DNA of 64,000 nt from an uncultured Candidatus Rokubacteria bacterium (GTDB taxonomy: Bacteria > Methylomirabilota > Methylomirabilia > Rokubacteriales > CSP1-6), in contig CAVWFS010000018.1 in assembly GCA_963754315.1 (NCBI GenBank), positions 672,001 through 736,000 on the forward strand, read 5' to 3'. Shown here piece by piece: positions 55,925 to 64,000 of the stretch; the first letter of the stretch is position 1; every line of letters begins with the position of its first letter. Under the pieces are notes generated by a model. That model had not been told where the DNA came from and did not search any database. It was given only the letters and a program-made list of their open reading frames with translations. Made by a program: the position numbers and the translations under genes.

Positions 55925-56575
55925 ATGACACGTGCTGTGCGTGGACTGGCGTGGGCCCTGGCCGGATGCTTAGCGGCGCCGGCGGCAGCCTCGGCCGACA
56001 CCATGAATTTCAAGCTGCTGAAGAACTACTCCCGGGCGACCTTCAAGAGCGATGCGCCGCTGGAGACGTTCGTCGGAAACACTGCGGCCGAAGGGGTCGA
56101 CGGGACTCTCACCGTTGACCCCGACCGACCTCAGGCGGCGAAAGGCAGTGTCAAGGTCGATATGAACACGGTCAAGACCGGCATCGAGAAGCGCGATGCC
56201 GACATGCGCGGCAAGCCCTATCTCGAGACCGAGAACGAGGCGAACCGCTGGGTCACCTTCGAGATCACGAGCGTCGAGATCGTAGGCCCCCTCGAACCCG
56301 GGAAGGCCATTCCGGCCAAGGTCCGAGGAATCCTCACCGTCAAGCAGAAGCCGGTGGAGCGCGTGGTGGACGCCACCGTGACCTATATCAGGTTGTCCCC
56401 GGAGCAGGTTGAGGCCCAGAAGCGCTATGGTTTCACCGCCGACAACATCAAGGTGCGGGCCAAGTTTCACTCAACCTTCACCGACCATGGCATGCAGGTC
56501 CCGCAGCTATGGTTCCTGAAGGTCAACAACGAGTTGCAGCTCGAGACGGACCTGGTTTTCGTTCGCGCACAGTAG
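55925..56575 (+). CDS. YceI-family polyisoprenoid-binding periplasmic protein
   Basis: Signal peptide; FKSDAPLETFVG, KTGIEKRDADMR; AAGGAG SD. Confidence 0.85.
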   Translation: MTRAVRGLAWALAGCLAAPAAASADTMNFKLLKNYSRATFKSDAPLETFVGNTAAEGVDGTLTVDPDRPQAAKGSVKVDMNTVKTGIEKRDADMRGKPYLETENEANRWVTFEITSVEIVGPLEPGKAIPAKVRGILTVKQKPVERVVDATVTYIRLSPEQVEAQKRYGFTADNIKVRAKFHSTFTDHGMQVPQLWFLKVNNELQLETDLVFVRAQ

Positions 56576-56600
56576 GGTCGGAAGTCTCCGTTTGCGAGTA

Positions 56601-56632
56601 AGATGGGGGGCCCCGACATGGTGGCCCCCCTC
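56601..56632 (-). repeat. Dispersed, inverted copy of the GC hairpin repeat upstream of meaB
   Basis: Reverse complement reads GAGGGGGGCCACCATGTCGGGGCCCCCCATCT, with the same CCCCCCATCT end as the 571-602 copy. Confidence 0.7.
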
Positions 56633-56637
56633 AATCC

Positions 56638-57618
56638 ATGAACCGCGACCCTCTCGCGCTCGTCGAGCGCTTGCTGCGCGGTGACCGCTTAGCCCTCGCA
56701 CGCCTCATCACACTGGCCGAGAACCGATCGTCGAGGGTTCCCGCCATCATGGAGGCGGTGTATCCACGAAGCCAGGGCGCCTATGTCGTTGGGATCACCG
56801 GCCCGCCCGGTGCTGGCAAATCCACGGTGGTCGACCGTCTCATCGCTCTGCTTCGCGCCGAGGGGGCCATGGTGGGTGTGATCGCCGTCGACCCCTCGAG
56901 CCCTTTCACCGGCGGCGCCGTGCTCGGCGATCGCATCCGGATGCAAACGCATACGCTTGATCCCGGAGTCTTCATTCGGAGCATGGCCACCCGAGGATCC
57001 TTGGGAGGATTATCCAGGGCGACGGGGGACGTCATCCGCCTCATGGCCGCCTTCGGTCATTCGTGGGTTCTCCTGGAGACAGTCGGGGTGGGGCAGACTG
57101 AGCTCGAGGTGATGAAGCTGGCGGACACCACGGTCGTACTGCTGGTTCCGGAATCCGGAGATGCGGTGCAGACCATGAAGGCCGGCCTCATGGAGGCCGC
57201 GGACATCTTCGTGGTCAACAAGGCGGATCGTTCGGGTGCCCCCGGCCTCATGGCAGAGCTGAAATTTGCCGTGCATCTGCATCGAGCGAGCCCGGGCGCT
57301 CCGACCGACGTGGACTGGGAGATCCCTGTACTCTCGGCCGAAGCTCAAAACTCGGTCGGAATGGCGGATCTGCTCGCCGAGATCCGCCGACACCGCGGGG
57401 CCCTGGAGGCGAGCGGCGCACTGCAAGCACGGCGGGCCAGCCGCCGTCGTGCGGAACTGCAGGCGTTGCTGGTCGAGGCCCTCACCGAGGCGGTACGCCG
57501 ACGGGTCGACGCCGCTGACCTCGCGACGATCCTTGAGCAGGTCGCTTCGGGCGCAACGGACCCCTATGCGGCGGCGCGGACGATCCTGGCCCGTCCCGAC
57601 CTCCTGACGCCGTCGTGA
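56638..57618 (+). CDS. meaB: MeaB/ArgK methylmalonyl-CoA mutase-associated GTPase
   Basis: GPPGAGKST, DPSSPFTGGAVLGDRIRM, ETVGVGQ, NKAD. Confidence 0.94.
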   Translation: MNRDPLALVERLLRGDRLALARLITLAENRSSRVPAIMEAVYPRSQGAYVVGITGPPGAGKSTVVDRLIALLRAEGAMVGVIAVDPSSPFTGGAVLGDRIRMQTHTLDPGVFIRSMATRGSLGGLSRATGDVIRLMAAFGHSWVLLETVGVGQTELEVMKLADTTVVLLVPESGDAVQTMKAGLMEAADIFVVNKADRSGAPGLMAELKFAVHLHRASPGAPTDVDWEIPVLSAEAQNSVGMADLLAEIRRHRGALEASGALQARRASRRRAELQALLVEALTEAVRRRVDAADLATILEQVASGATDPYAAARTILARPDLLTPS

Positions 57619-57630
57619 ACCCATGTTATC

Positions 57631-59643
57631 GTGAGTGACCGCATGACCTCGGGCGTACCCTTCCGCGATACGTTCTGGAACGTTCCCGTGTGGGCCCAGA
57701 TCGCGCTGTACGTGGGCGGTCTGGTGGCCATCGCCATCTGCGCTTACGGCACCTGGCGCCGGATCCAGCACATCCAGAAGGGGGGTCCGGAGCCTCGGCT
57801 CGACCGAATTTCCGAGCGCCTGGCGCTGGTGGGTAAGCACGTGCTCGGACAGGCGCGCACGCTCTCCCAAGCCTACCCGGGCATCATGCACGCGGTGATG
57901 TTTTGGGGCTTTCTCGCCCTCTTCACGGGCACCGTGCTGGCAACCATCGACTGGGACATCACATTGCCCCTGTTCGGTTACAAGCTGCTCAAGGGCGATT
58001 TCTACCTCGCCTACGAGCTGATCCTTGACCTGTTCGGGCTTTTCTTCGTGATCGGTCTCGGCATGGCTGTGTATCGCCGGTTCGTGGTCCGGCCGGCCAG
58101 GATCGACCCTACCGCCCGCTTCGCGAAGATTCTGGCCTTGCTCTTCCTGATCAACCTGACGGGATTTGTCATGGAGGCCTGTCGGCTCGCCGTCACCAAG
58201 CCGTGGTGGGCGCCGTGGTCTCCGGTGGGCTATGTTCTTGGTCAGGGCCTGCTGGCCGTCGGCCTCACCGAGGCTCTACTGCGGGCGACCCATCTCAGCG
58301 TATGGCTCTTCCACGCGGTGATCTCGCTCCTGTTCGTTGCCCTGCTGCCATACTCGTACTTCGTTCACCTGGTGCTCACGCCGCTCAATATCTTCTTTGC
58401 CAAGCTGGGGCCGCGCGGCGCCATCGCCCCCATCCCGAACATCGAAGAGGCCGCCGAGCACGGGGCCCTTGGCATCTCGAAGCTGGAAGAGTTCTCGTGG
58501 AAGCGACGGCTCGACTTCGAGGCGTGTCTGGAGTGCGGGCGCTGCCAGGACGCCTGCCCTGCCTATCTATCCGGCACGGCGCTCTCGCCTAAGCAAGTCA
58601 TCGTCAAGCTCAAGCGGCACCTGCGCGGAGAACTGCCAGGCCCCATCCACGGCGAGCTGATCAAGCCCGAGGAGCTATGGGCGTGCACGACGTGCATGGC
58701 CTGCGTACAGGAGTGCCCGGCCTTCATCGACATCGTCGACACCATCGTCGATCTGCGTCGCTTTCTCGCCCTCTCAGAGGGGGCGTTGCCGTCAACGGCT
58801 CCTCAGTCCCTCCAGAACATCGAGCGGGCGGGCAATCCCTGGGGATTGCCGGCGGCCGAACGGCTAGCTTGGGCGGAAGGCCTGGACGTGCCAATCCTCG
58901 AGGCGGGGAAGGAGGTCGAGTACCTGTACTGGGTGGGATGCTCGGCGTCCTACGACAAGCGCAACCAGGCCATCGCCCGCTCGGTGGTGCGCATCCTGAC
59001 TCGAGCGGGGGTGAGTTTTGCGGTCATGGCGGAGGAGCGCTGCCACGCCGAGGTCGGCCGGCGGCTCGGGGAGGAATATCTCTACCAGACCCTGGCGCCG
59101 GTGAATGTGGAGGCCATGAAGCAGTACCGCTTCCGGAAGGTCATCACCCATTGTCCGCACTGCTTCAACACCATCCGCAACGAATACCCCCAGTTCGGTG
59201 GGGATTTCGAGGTGGTCCACCATTCCCAAGTCATCCAGGAGCTCATCGCCAGCGGCCGGATCCGTCCGGTCAAGTCGCTGGCGGCCACGGTGGCCTTTCA
59301 CGATTCGTGTTATCTCGGGCGCTACAACGGCATCTTCCAGGCGCCGCGTGACGTGGCCAAAGCCGTGCCAGGGCTTCGCCTGGTGGAGTTACCCCGCCAC
59401 CGGGAACGGGGGCTCTGCTGCGGCGGAGGTGGTGGCCACATGTGGATGGAAGTTCAGGCCAAGAAGCGCGTGAACATCATCCGTGTCGAGGAGGCCCTGG
59501 AGGCCAAGGTCGACACGGTGGCGGTGGGCTGTCCTTTCTGCCTGGCGATGCTCGACCTCGGCCGCAAAGTGAAGGAAGCCGAGGGACGGCTGAGCGTCAA
59601 GGACGTCAGCGAGCTGGTCGCCGAGAGTCTCGACCAGACGTGA
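57631..59643 (+). CDS. Membrane-bound Fe-S oxidoreductase (NarI-like TM + 2x 4Fe-4S + CCG domains; FadF/HdrD-like)
   Basis: CLECGRCQDACP, CTTCMACVQECP, CPHCF, HDSCYLGR, CCGGGGG, CPFC. Confidence 0.9.
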   Translation: MSDRMTSGVPFRDTFWNVPVWAQIALYVGGLVAIAICAYGTWRRIQHIQKGGPEPRLDRISERLALVGKHVLGQARTLSQAYPGIMHAVMFWGFLALFTGTVLATIDWDITLPLFGYKLLKGDFYLAYELILDLFGLFFVIGLGMAVYRRFVVRPARIDPTARFAKILALLFLINLTGFVMEACRLAVTKPWWAPWSPVGYVLGQGLLAVGLTEALLRATHLSVWLFHAVISLLFVALLPYSYFVHLVLTPLNIFFAKLGPRGAIAPIPNIEEAAEHGALGISKLEEFSWKRRLDFEACLECGRCQDACPAYLSGTALSPKQVIVKLKRHLRGELPGPIHGELIKPEELWACTTCMACVQECPAFIDIVDTIVDLRRFLALSEGALPSTAPQSLQNIERAGNPWGLPAAERLAWAEGLDVPILEAGKEVEYLYWVGCSASYDKRNQAIARSVVRILTRAGVSFAVMAEERCHAEVGRRLGEEYLYQTLAPVNVEAMKQYRFRKVITHCPHCFNTIRNEYPQFGGDFEVVHHSQVIQELIASGRIRPVKSLAATVAFHDSCYLGRYNGIFQAPRDVAKAVPGLRLVELPRHRERGLCCGGGGGHMWMEVQAKKRVNIIRVEEALEAKVDTVAVGCPFCLAMLDLGRKVKEAEGRLSVKDVSELVAESLDQT

Positions 59644-59993
59644 CGGAGTTCTTGCGCGCGCTGCCGCTGATCGGCCGCGCCGTCGTGCGCCTCGCTGCGG
59701 ATCCGGCCCTGCCGCGGGCGGCCAAGATCGCGCTCGGGGTCGTCGCCGTGTACCTGGCCAGCCCCTTCGATCTCCTGCCCGATGTCATCCCATTCCTGGG
59801 GTACCTCGACGACGTGCTCGTGCTGGCCATTCTGGTCGATGGCGTCCTCAACCACGTCGACCGCTCCCTCGTGCTCCGCTACTGGCCCGGTAGCTCCACG
59901 GCGCTGGAGAAGGTCGCGCGGGTCACGCATGCGCTCGCCATCTGGGTCCCCGCCCGGGTGAAGGAGCGCATCTTCTCGCGGCGGAGACATTGA
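59640..59993 (+). CDS. DUF1232 (YkvA) membrane protein
   Basis: YLASPFDLLPDVIPFLGYLDD. Confidence 0.88.
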   Translation: MTEFLRALPLIGRAVVRLAADPALPRAAKIALGVVAVYLASPFDLLPDVIPFLGYLDDVLVLAILVDGVLNHVDRSLVLRYWPGSSTALEKVARVTHALAIWVPARVKERIFSRRRH

Positions 59994-60001
59994 GGAGACC
60001 G

Positions 60002-60769
60002 ATGCAGTGGCGCATCCTCCTGGCGGTCGTGCTGGCCACGGCATTCCTGCCCCCCGCCACGCTCCCTGCAAGTGACAGCGTTGACGACACGCAGGAGGCG
60101 CTAGGGGCGGCGCGCGTCCAGCTCCTCGAAAGCACGCGCGCGTATCGCGCAAGCCTGGAGCGGCTGATCGTCCTCCAGAGACAGGCGGCGGCGCGTGCCG
60201 AGCAGGAGGCAGCCCATCGTCGAATTCTCCTCGAGCAGGGGATTGTCTCCCGACACGAGAGTGAGGAGAGCGCCCGCGTGGCGGCCGCAGCCCGCAACCG
60301 GCTCGAGGAGACCCATCAGCGCCTCGCCGAGACCGACGCCGTTTTGGCCGAGACTTGGGCCGCCATAGAGTTGGCCCGCTCAGCACCGCCATCTGTGAAG
60401 GGCGTGGTCGTGAGTACTCCCCGCGCCATCGGCGCCCCCGGCAAGATCGAGCTCACCGCGTCGATCGTCACCAGCCTCGACCAATTCTTTCGAGGACGTT
60501 TCGCGCGCGCGCTGCCGGTGAGTGCCCGCGGTCAAACCCTCGTTCACGATCGACTCGGACTCGATCATCATCACGCCGTCGATGTGGCTGTCCATCCCGA
60601 CAGCGCCGAAGGGCGGGCGCTCATCGAGCACCTGCGTCTCCTCCGCGTCCCGTTCCTGGCCTTCCGGAGCATACTGCCCGGATCCTCGACCGGCGCGCAT
60701 CTGCACATCGGGCGAACGTCGCCAAAGCTTGTTCCCGGGGCCTCGGGGGCGACTGAGCCGGCTCCGTGA
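60002..60769 (+). CDS. Secreted hypothetical protein: coiled coil + His-rich putative metal-binding domain
   Basis: GAGGAG SD, signal peptide, heptad region, HDRLGLDHHHAVD...GAHLHIG. Confidence 0.75.
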   Translation: MQWRILLAVVLATAFLPPATLPASDSVDDTQEALGAARVQLLESTRAYRASLERLIVLQRQAAARAEQEAAHRRILLEQGIVSRHESEESARVAAAARNRLEETHQRLAETDAVLAETWAAIELARSAPPSVKGVVVSTPRAIGAPGKIELTASIVTSLDQFFRGRFARALPVSARGQTLVHDRLGLDHHHAVDVAVHPDSAEGRALIEHLRLLRVPFLAFRSILPGSSTGAHLHIGRTSPKLVPGASGATEPAP

Positions 60770-61614
60770 CCGAGAACGCGCCTGAGGCGCCTGAGCGAGA
60801 AGGCAGCGATCGAGCGACCCCAAGAGAAGCGCGAGTATGGCCGGTCTTCGTCGCGTGGGTCATGGCGTTCGTCACCATCGTCCTCCTGTCTGTACTGGCG
60901 GCGGCGCTGGTTGCCTCTGTGTACCCTGATGTGGCGCCGAGCGAGCTGCTCCGGAGACTTCCCGGCCTCCTGGCAGGCGCCAGCGCCTCTTCGTTGGGCC
61001 TCATCCTCACCATTCTCCTCGTCGATCGCACACTCGACCCCGCCCGCCTGCGGCTGCGGCCGGGACGGGAGACTGGTCGCGATCTGGTCCTGATGATCCT
61101 CGGGATGCTCGCGCTCGGTCAGACCTTGGATTCCCTCACCACCTTGGTTGGTCTCGGACGGCGCGGGGCCTTATGGGACGCTCGCCAGACCTTGGCGGGT
61201 GTGACAGGGGAGGATCTCTTCGCGGCGGTGCTGGTCATCGGCCTGCTGGCGGGATCCGCCGAGGAGCTCTTCTTCCGGGGCTTCATGCAGACACGCCTAC
61301 GCGCGCGATGGCCAACCGTCTGGGCGGTGTTGGCCACGAGCGTCTGCTTCGGGCTCATGCATATCGAGTGGCTCCATGCACTGCTCGCGTTCCTTCTAGC
61401 GCTCTATCTTGGGTTCATTACCGAGCTCTGCGGAAGTGCGCTGCCTGCGATGGTGGCCCACGTCGTCAACAACACGCTCTTTACCTTGCTCACGGCGCTC
61501 GGCGGGACGGTCTCCGCTTTCCTACCGAACCTCGTCCTACTTGGAGCCGGCGTTGTGATCTTCGTGGCCTGCATCGTGTTGCTGCGGCGCGCGCTGCCGC
61601 TAAAGTCCGCCTGA
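60766..61614 (+). CDS. CPBP (CAAX/Abi) intramembrane metalloprotease
   Basis: EELFFRG, FGLMH, AHVVNN motifs. Confidence 0.9.
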   Translation: MTENAPEAPEREGSDRATPREARVWPVFVAWVMAFVTIVLLSVLAAALVASVYPDVAPSELLRRLPGLLAGASASSLGLILTILLVDRTLDPARLRLRPGRETGRDLVLMILGMLALGQTLDSLTTLVGLGRRGALWDARQTLAGVTGEDLFAAVLVIGLLAGSAEELFFRGFMQTRLRARWPTVWAVLATSVCFGLMHIEWLHALLAFLLALYLGFITELCGSALPAMVAHVVNNTLFTLLTALGGTVSAFLPNLVLLGAGVVIFVACIVLLRRALPLKSA

Positions 61615-61704
61615 GGTGGCGGCCCTCGGCCGCACCAAGGTGGACCTTGCGGTCTTGCCACGTGCGTGGCGACGGGCGTAGGCTTGGGCTCCGGAGGAGT
61701 GGCG

Positions 61705-62100
61705 ATGTCCGAACTGACACGACGGTACGTGGTCATGGCCATGGCGGCGGCAGCGCCTTTCGACCCTGCCGACTACGACGCTCCGTTCGTGCTGAAGCCA
61801 TGGAAGGATCCGGCAGCCCTCATTGCCCTCAAGAGTTATCGTGACCACTGCTATCCCGAGCTGGCCCGCGATCTCGACGAGTGGATTCGTCTGGTCGAGG
61901 CGGGCCCGCTGGTTCTGGGTGGCGTCGGCCGCCAAAATGAGGCGCATCTGATGTCCGAGAAGCGCGTGTCCGGGCCGAGGGAGAAGCCGAGCGGCCGGGA
62001 CGGGAGGAAGACCGTCGCCCAATCGCGCCCGAAGGGCAAGGGCAACGCCGGCCGCTCGGCCGCGCGACGGTCACCGAAGCCGAAGAAGCGCCGCCGATGA
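61705..62100 (+). CDS. Hypothetical protein with a highly basic C-terminal tail
   Basis: GGAGGAG SD; ATGA coupling to the next gene. Confidence 0.7.
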   Translation: MSELTRRYVVMAMAAAAPFDPADYDAPFVLKPWKDPAALIALKSYRDHCYPELARDLDEWIRLVEAGPLVLGGVGRQNEAHLMSEKRVSGPREKPSGRDGRKTVAQSRPKGKGNAGRSAARRSPKPKKRRR

Positions 62101-62861
62101 CCGATCGATGCGTCGCGGCGCTCCTGCGGGCCCGCTCGCACCGCGAGCGCTGCGCTCCGCCGAGCGAGGAGCAACCCCTCACCCTGGTCGAGGCCTACGC
62201 GATTCAGGACCGTCTGCGTGACACCCTCGTGGGCCAAGGGGAGCAGGTGATAGGTTGGAAGGCCGGCTTCACGGGCAAGGCGGCCCAACAACTGTTCCAG
62301 TGCCCTGAGCCCGTGAGTGGCTTTCTCCTCGGGTCCGGCGTGTATGCGAATCGGGCGGAGGTCCCTGTCGCGCACTTCGTGCAGCTTGTAGTCGAGGCGG
62401 AGATCGCCTTGGTCCTGAAGGCGGACCTCGCAGGGCCAGGCATCGCGCCACTGACGGCGCTCGGCGCGGTGGAGGGGGCCGTTCCGGCGCTCGAGCTGGT
62501 CGACTTTCGCTATTCAGGTAAGCCCATCGGTAGCGACCTGGTGGCAGACGGGGTCTACGCGAGCGCCGTCGTCCTAGGGGCATCCCTGACCGATGTCCGC
62601 TATCTCGACCTCGCGCTGGAGGGGCTTGTCTACGAGCACAACGGCGCGGTGGTGGCGACCAACACCGCGGCCGAAGTGCTGGGTAACCCACTGAATTCGC
62701 TGGCGTGGCTGGCCAACGATCTCGGTCGACGCGGACTGTGGTTAAAAGCCGGCCAGGTCGTCATGACGGGCTCGGTGTCCGCGCTCGTGCGACCCCGGGC
62801 GGGGGACAGCGTGCAGGCTACGTACACACGGCTCGGCTCGGTATCCGCGCGCTTTGTTTGA
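62097..62861 (+). CDS. 2-keto-4-pentenoate hydratase-like (FAH superfamily)
   Basis: EAYAIQ, GWKAGFT, VEAEIA, ALELVD, GNPLNSLAWLAN, GQVVMTGS. Confidence 0.88.
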   Translation: MTDRCVAALLRARSHRERCAPPSEEQPLTLVEAYAIQDRLRDTLVGQGEQVIGWKAGFTGKAAQQLFQCPEPVSGFLLGSGVYANRAEVPVAHFVQLVVEAEIALVLKADLAGPGIAPLTALGAVEGAVPALELVDFRYSGKPIGSDLVADGVYASAVVLGASLTDVRYLDLALEGLVYEHNGAVVATNTAAEVLGNPLNSLAWLANDLGRRGLWLKAGQVVMTGSVSALVRPRAGDSVQATYTRLGSVSARFV

Positions 62862-62892
62862 CGCACGTCATCCCCGAGCCCGACGGACATGA

Positions 62893-63462
62893 ATGACGCT
62901 CGATGACCTGGTGGCGGCCACGCGCCGCCACCTGGCCACCCGGACCCGACGCGTCGTGCCGCGCGGCCCACTGGTCCAGGCGGCCGTGCTCGTCCCCATC
63001 GTCGACCGTGGCGAGCCGCATCTCGTTTTCACCAAGCGATCCGAACGCGTCGGTCACCACAAGGGCCAGATCTCCTTCCCCGGCGGAACACTCGATCCCG
63101 ACGATGAGTCTCTCCTGAGTGCCGCCCTCAGGGAGTGCGAGGAGGAAATCTCCCTCCCGCGAGAGGCCGTCGAGCCTCTGGGCGCTCTCGACGACACGGA
63201 GACCGTCGCCACCCAGTTTGTCATCACACCGTTCGTGGGGGTGGTTCGGCGGTCGATGACCTGGCGGCCTGACGGCTACGAGATCGAGAAGGTGATCGAG
63301 GTCCCATTCGCCACCTTGGCCGACCCGTGCAACTTCCGCGTAGAGTATTGGGAGCGCGATGGTGTCACCAGGCCCGTGTACTTCTTCGACTGGGGTGGGG
63401 ATCCGATTTGGGGGGCGACCGCCCGAATCGTGAAGCACTATCTCGACGTGCTCAGTTCGTGA
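62893..63462 (+). CDS. CoA pyrophosphatase (NudL-type Nudix hydrolase)
   Basis: AAVLVP, HKGQISFPGG, ALRECEEE, IWGATA. Confidence 0.9.
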   Translation: MTLDDLVAATRRHLATRTRRVVPRGPLVQAAVLVPIVDRGEPHLVFTKRSERVGHHKGQISFPGGTLDPDDESLLSAALRECEEEISLPREAVEPLGALDDTETVATQFVITPFVGVVRRSMTWRPDGYEIEKVIEVPFATLADPCNFRVEYWERDGVTRPVYFFDWGGDPIWGATARIVKHYLDVLSS

Positions 63463-63665
63463 GCTCTCGAATCCTCCCAGAGGCGGGCCTGTGTACGTCC
63501 TGTCAACATGCCCGGCGCGTCGCCTCCGCACGGGGTTCGATCTTCATCCTGTGCCGCAAGAGCGAGACGGACGCGCGCTTCGTCAAGTATCCGGGGCTTC
63601 CCGTATGGCAGTGTGAGGGCTTCGCGTCGGTCTTGGGGGAGGCGCGTCAGGGCCACCAGAGGTAG
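63459..63665 (+). CDS. Small Cys-rich hypothetical protein (68 aa)
   Basis: GTGA overlap with the Nudix stop; GLCTSCQHAR...LC...KYPGLPVWQCEGF. Confidence 0.65.
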   Translation: MSSRILPEAGLCTSCQHARRVASARGSIFILCRKSETDARFVKYPGLPVWQCEGFASVLGEARQGHQR

Positions 63666-64000
63666 AGGAACCGCGGTCCCGGCACAACCAGCTTAGCGAC
63701 GTGGGCGAGCGAGACATCGAGGTCGCCTTCGCTCCTCGCCCCTGCAAAGTACGTGGCCCGGTACTCTCGGGGGCGCTGGTAGACGATGACCCGCGCTTCG
63801 TTGAGCCCGGCGGCCTGCCGGGCAAGGGCCAAGGCGTCCGGAATGTAGCCGATGCGATCGACGAGCTTCTCGGCCAGGGCCTGCTGTGCTGTGTACATGC
63901 GACCGTCCGCCAGAGTCTTGGCCGTTTCCAGCGGGATCTGACGACGCTCGACCACCTTGGCCACGAACTGGCCATGGAGATCATCAATGACCGATTGGAA
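63647..64000 (-). CDS. sppA: Signal peptide peptidase SppA (S49), 3' part only
   Basis: FQSVIDDLHGQFVAKV, ADGRMYTAQQAL..KLVDRIGY, FLYLW; runs off the window end. Confidence 0.85.
   Translation of the reverse strand, partial: FQSVIDDLHGQFVAKVVERRQIPLETAKTLADGRMYTAQQALAEKLVDRIGYIPDALALARQAAGLNEARVIVYQRPREYRATYFAGARSEGDLDVSLAHVAKLVVPGPRFLYLWWP

Noticed and set aside
61615..61636. GCGGCC-CTC-GGCCGC hairpin as another repeat copy or a terminator
   Set aside because: It lacks the CCCCATCT signature and a U-tract; too short to assign

Overview
High-GC bacterial chromosomal window made up mostly of housekeeping genes. Gene order and the GC-rich intergenic hairpin repeats are reminiscent of Methylomirabilota/Rokubacteria, but that assignment is an inference. 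Order: a partial hypothetical ORF, biotin carboxylase + BCCP, a stand-alone RpoD-like sigma factor (- strand), then a ~48 kb co-directional run: ACT-malic enzyme, GT2, aminotransferase, GT-C fusion, nth, rplM-rpsI-argC-argJ-rpsB-tsf-pyrH-frr-uppS-cdsA-dxr-rseP-ispG-proS, rimP-nusA-ylxR-infB-DUF503-rbfA-nrnA-truB-ribF-rpsO-pnp-M16, purBCSQLFMNH-[MerR/TPR]-purD, tsaC-mobA-hypothetical-thiI-glyA-nrdR. After that come a PyrE-like PRTase (-), tsaB-rimI, a diheme cytochrome c/cytochrome c'/YceI cluster, meaB, a FadF-like Fe-S oxidoreductase, several small genes and a partial sppA (-). I saw no rRNA, tRNA, CRISPR or transposase. Indels break infB, rseP, an aminotransferase and probably the thiI start, which suggests assembly error. 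Best leads: a dispersed and tandem hairpin repeat family with compensatory changes that abuts start codons; a GT-C glycosyltransferase fused to an LmeA/DUF2993-like domain near a polyprenol-P-sugar synthase; a MerR-TPR gene inside the pur operon; an unknown protein in frame with thiI; a CXCH heme motif; and non-canonical or leaderless starts.
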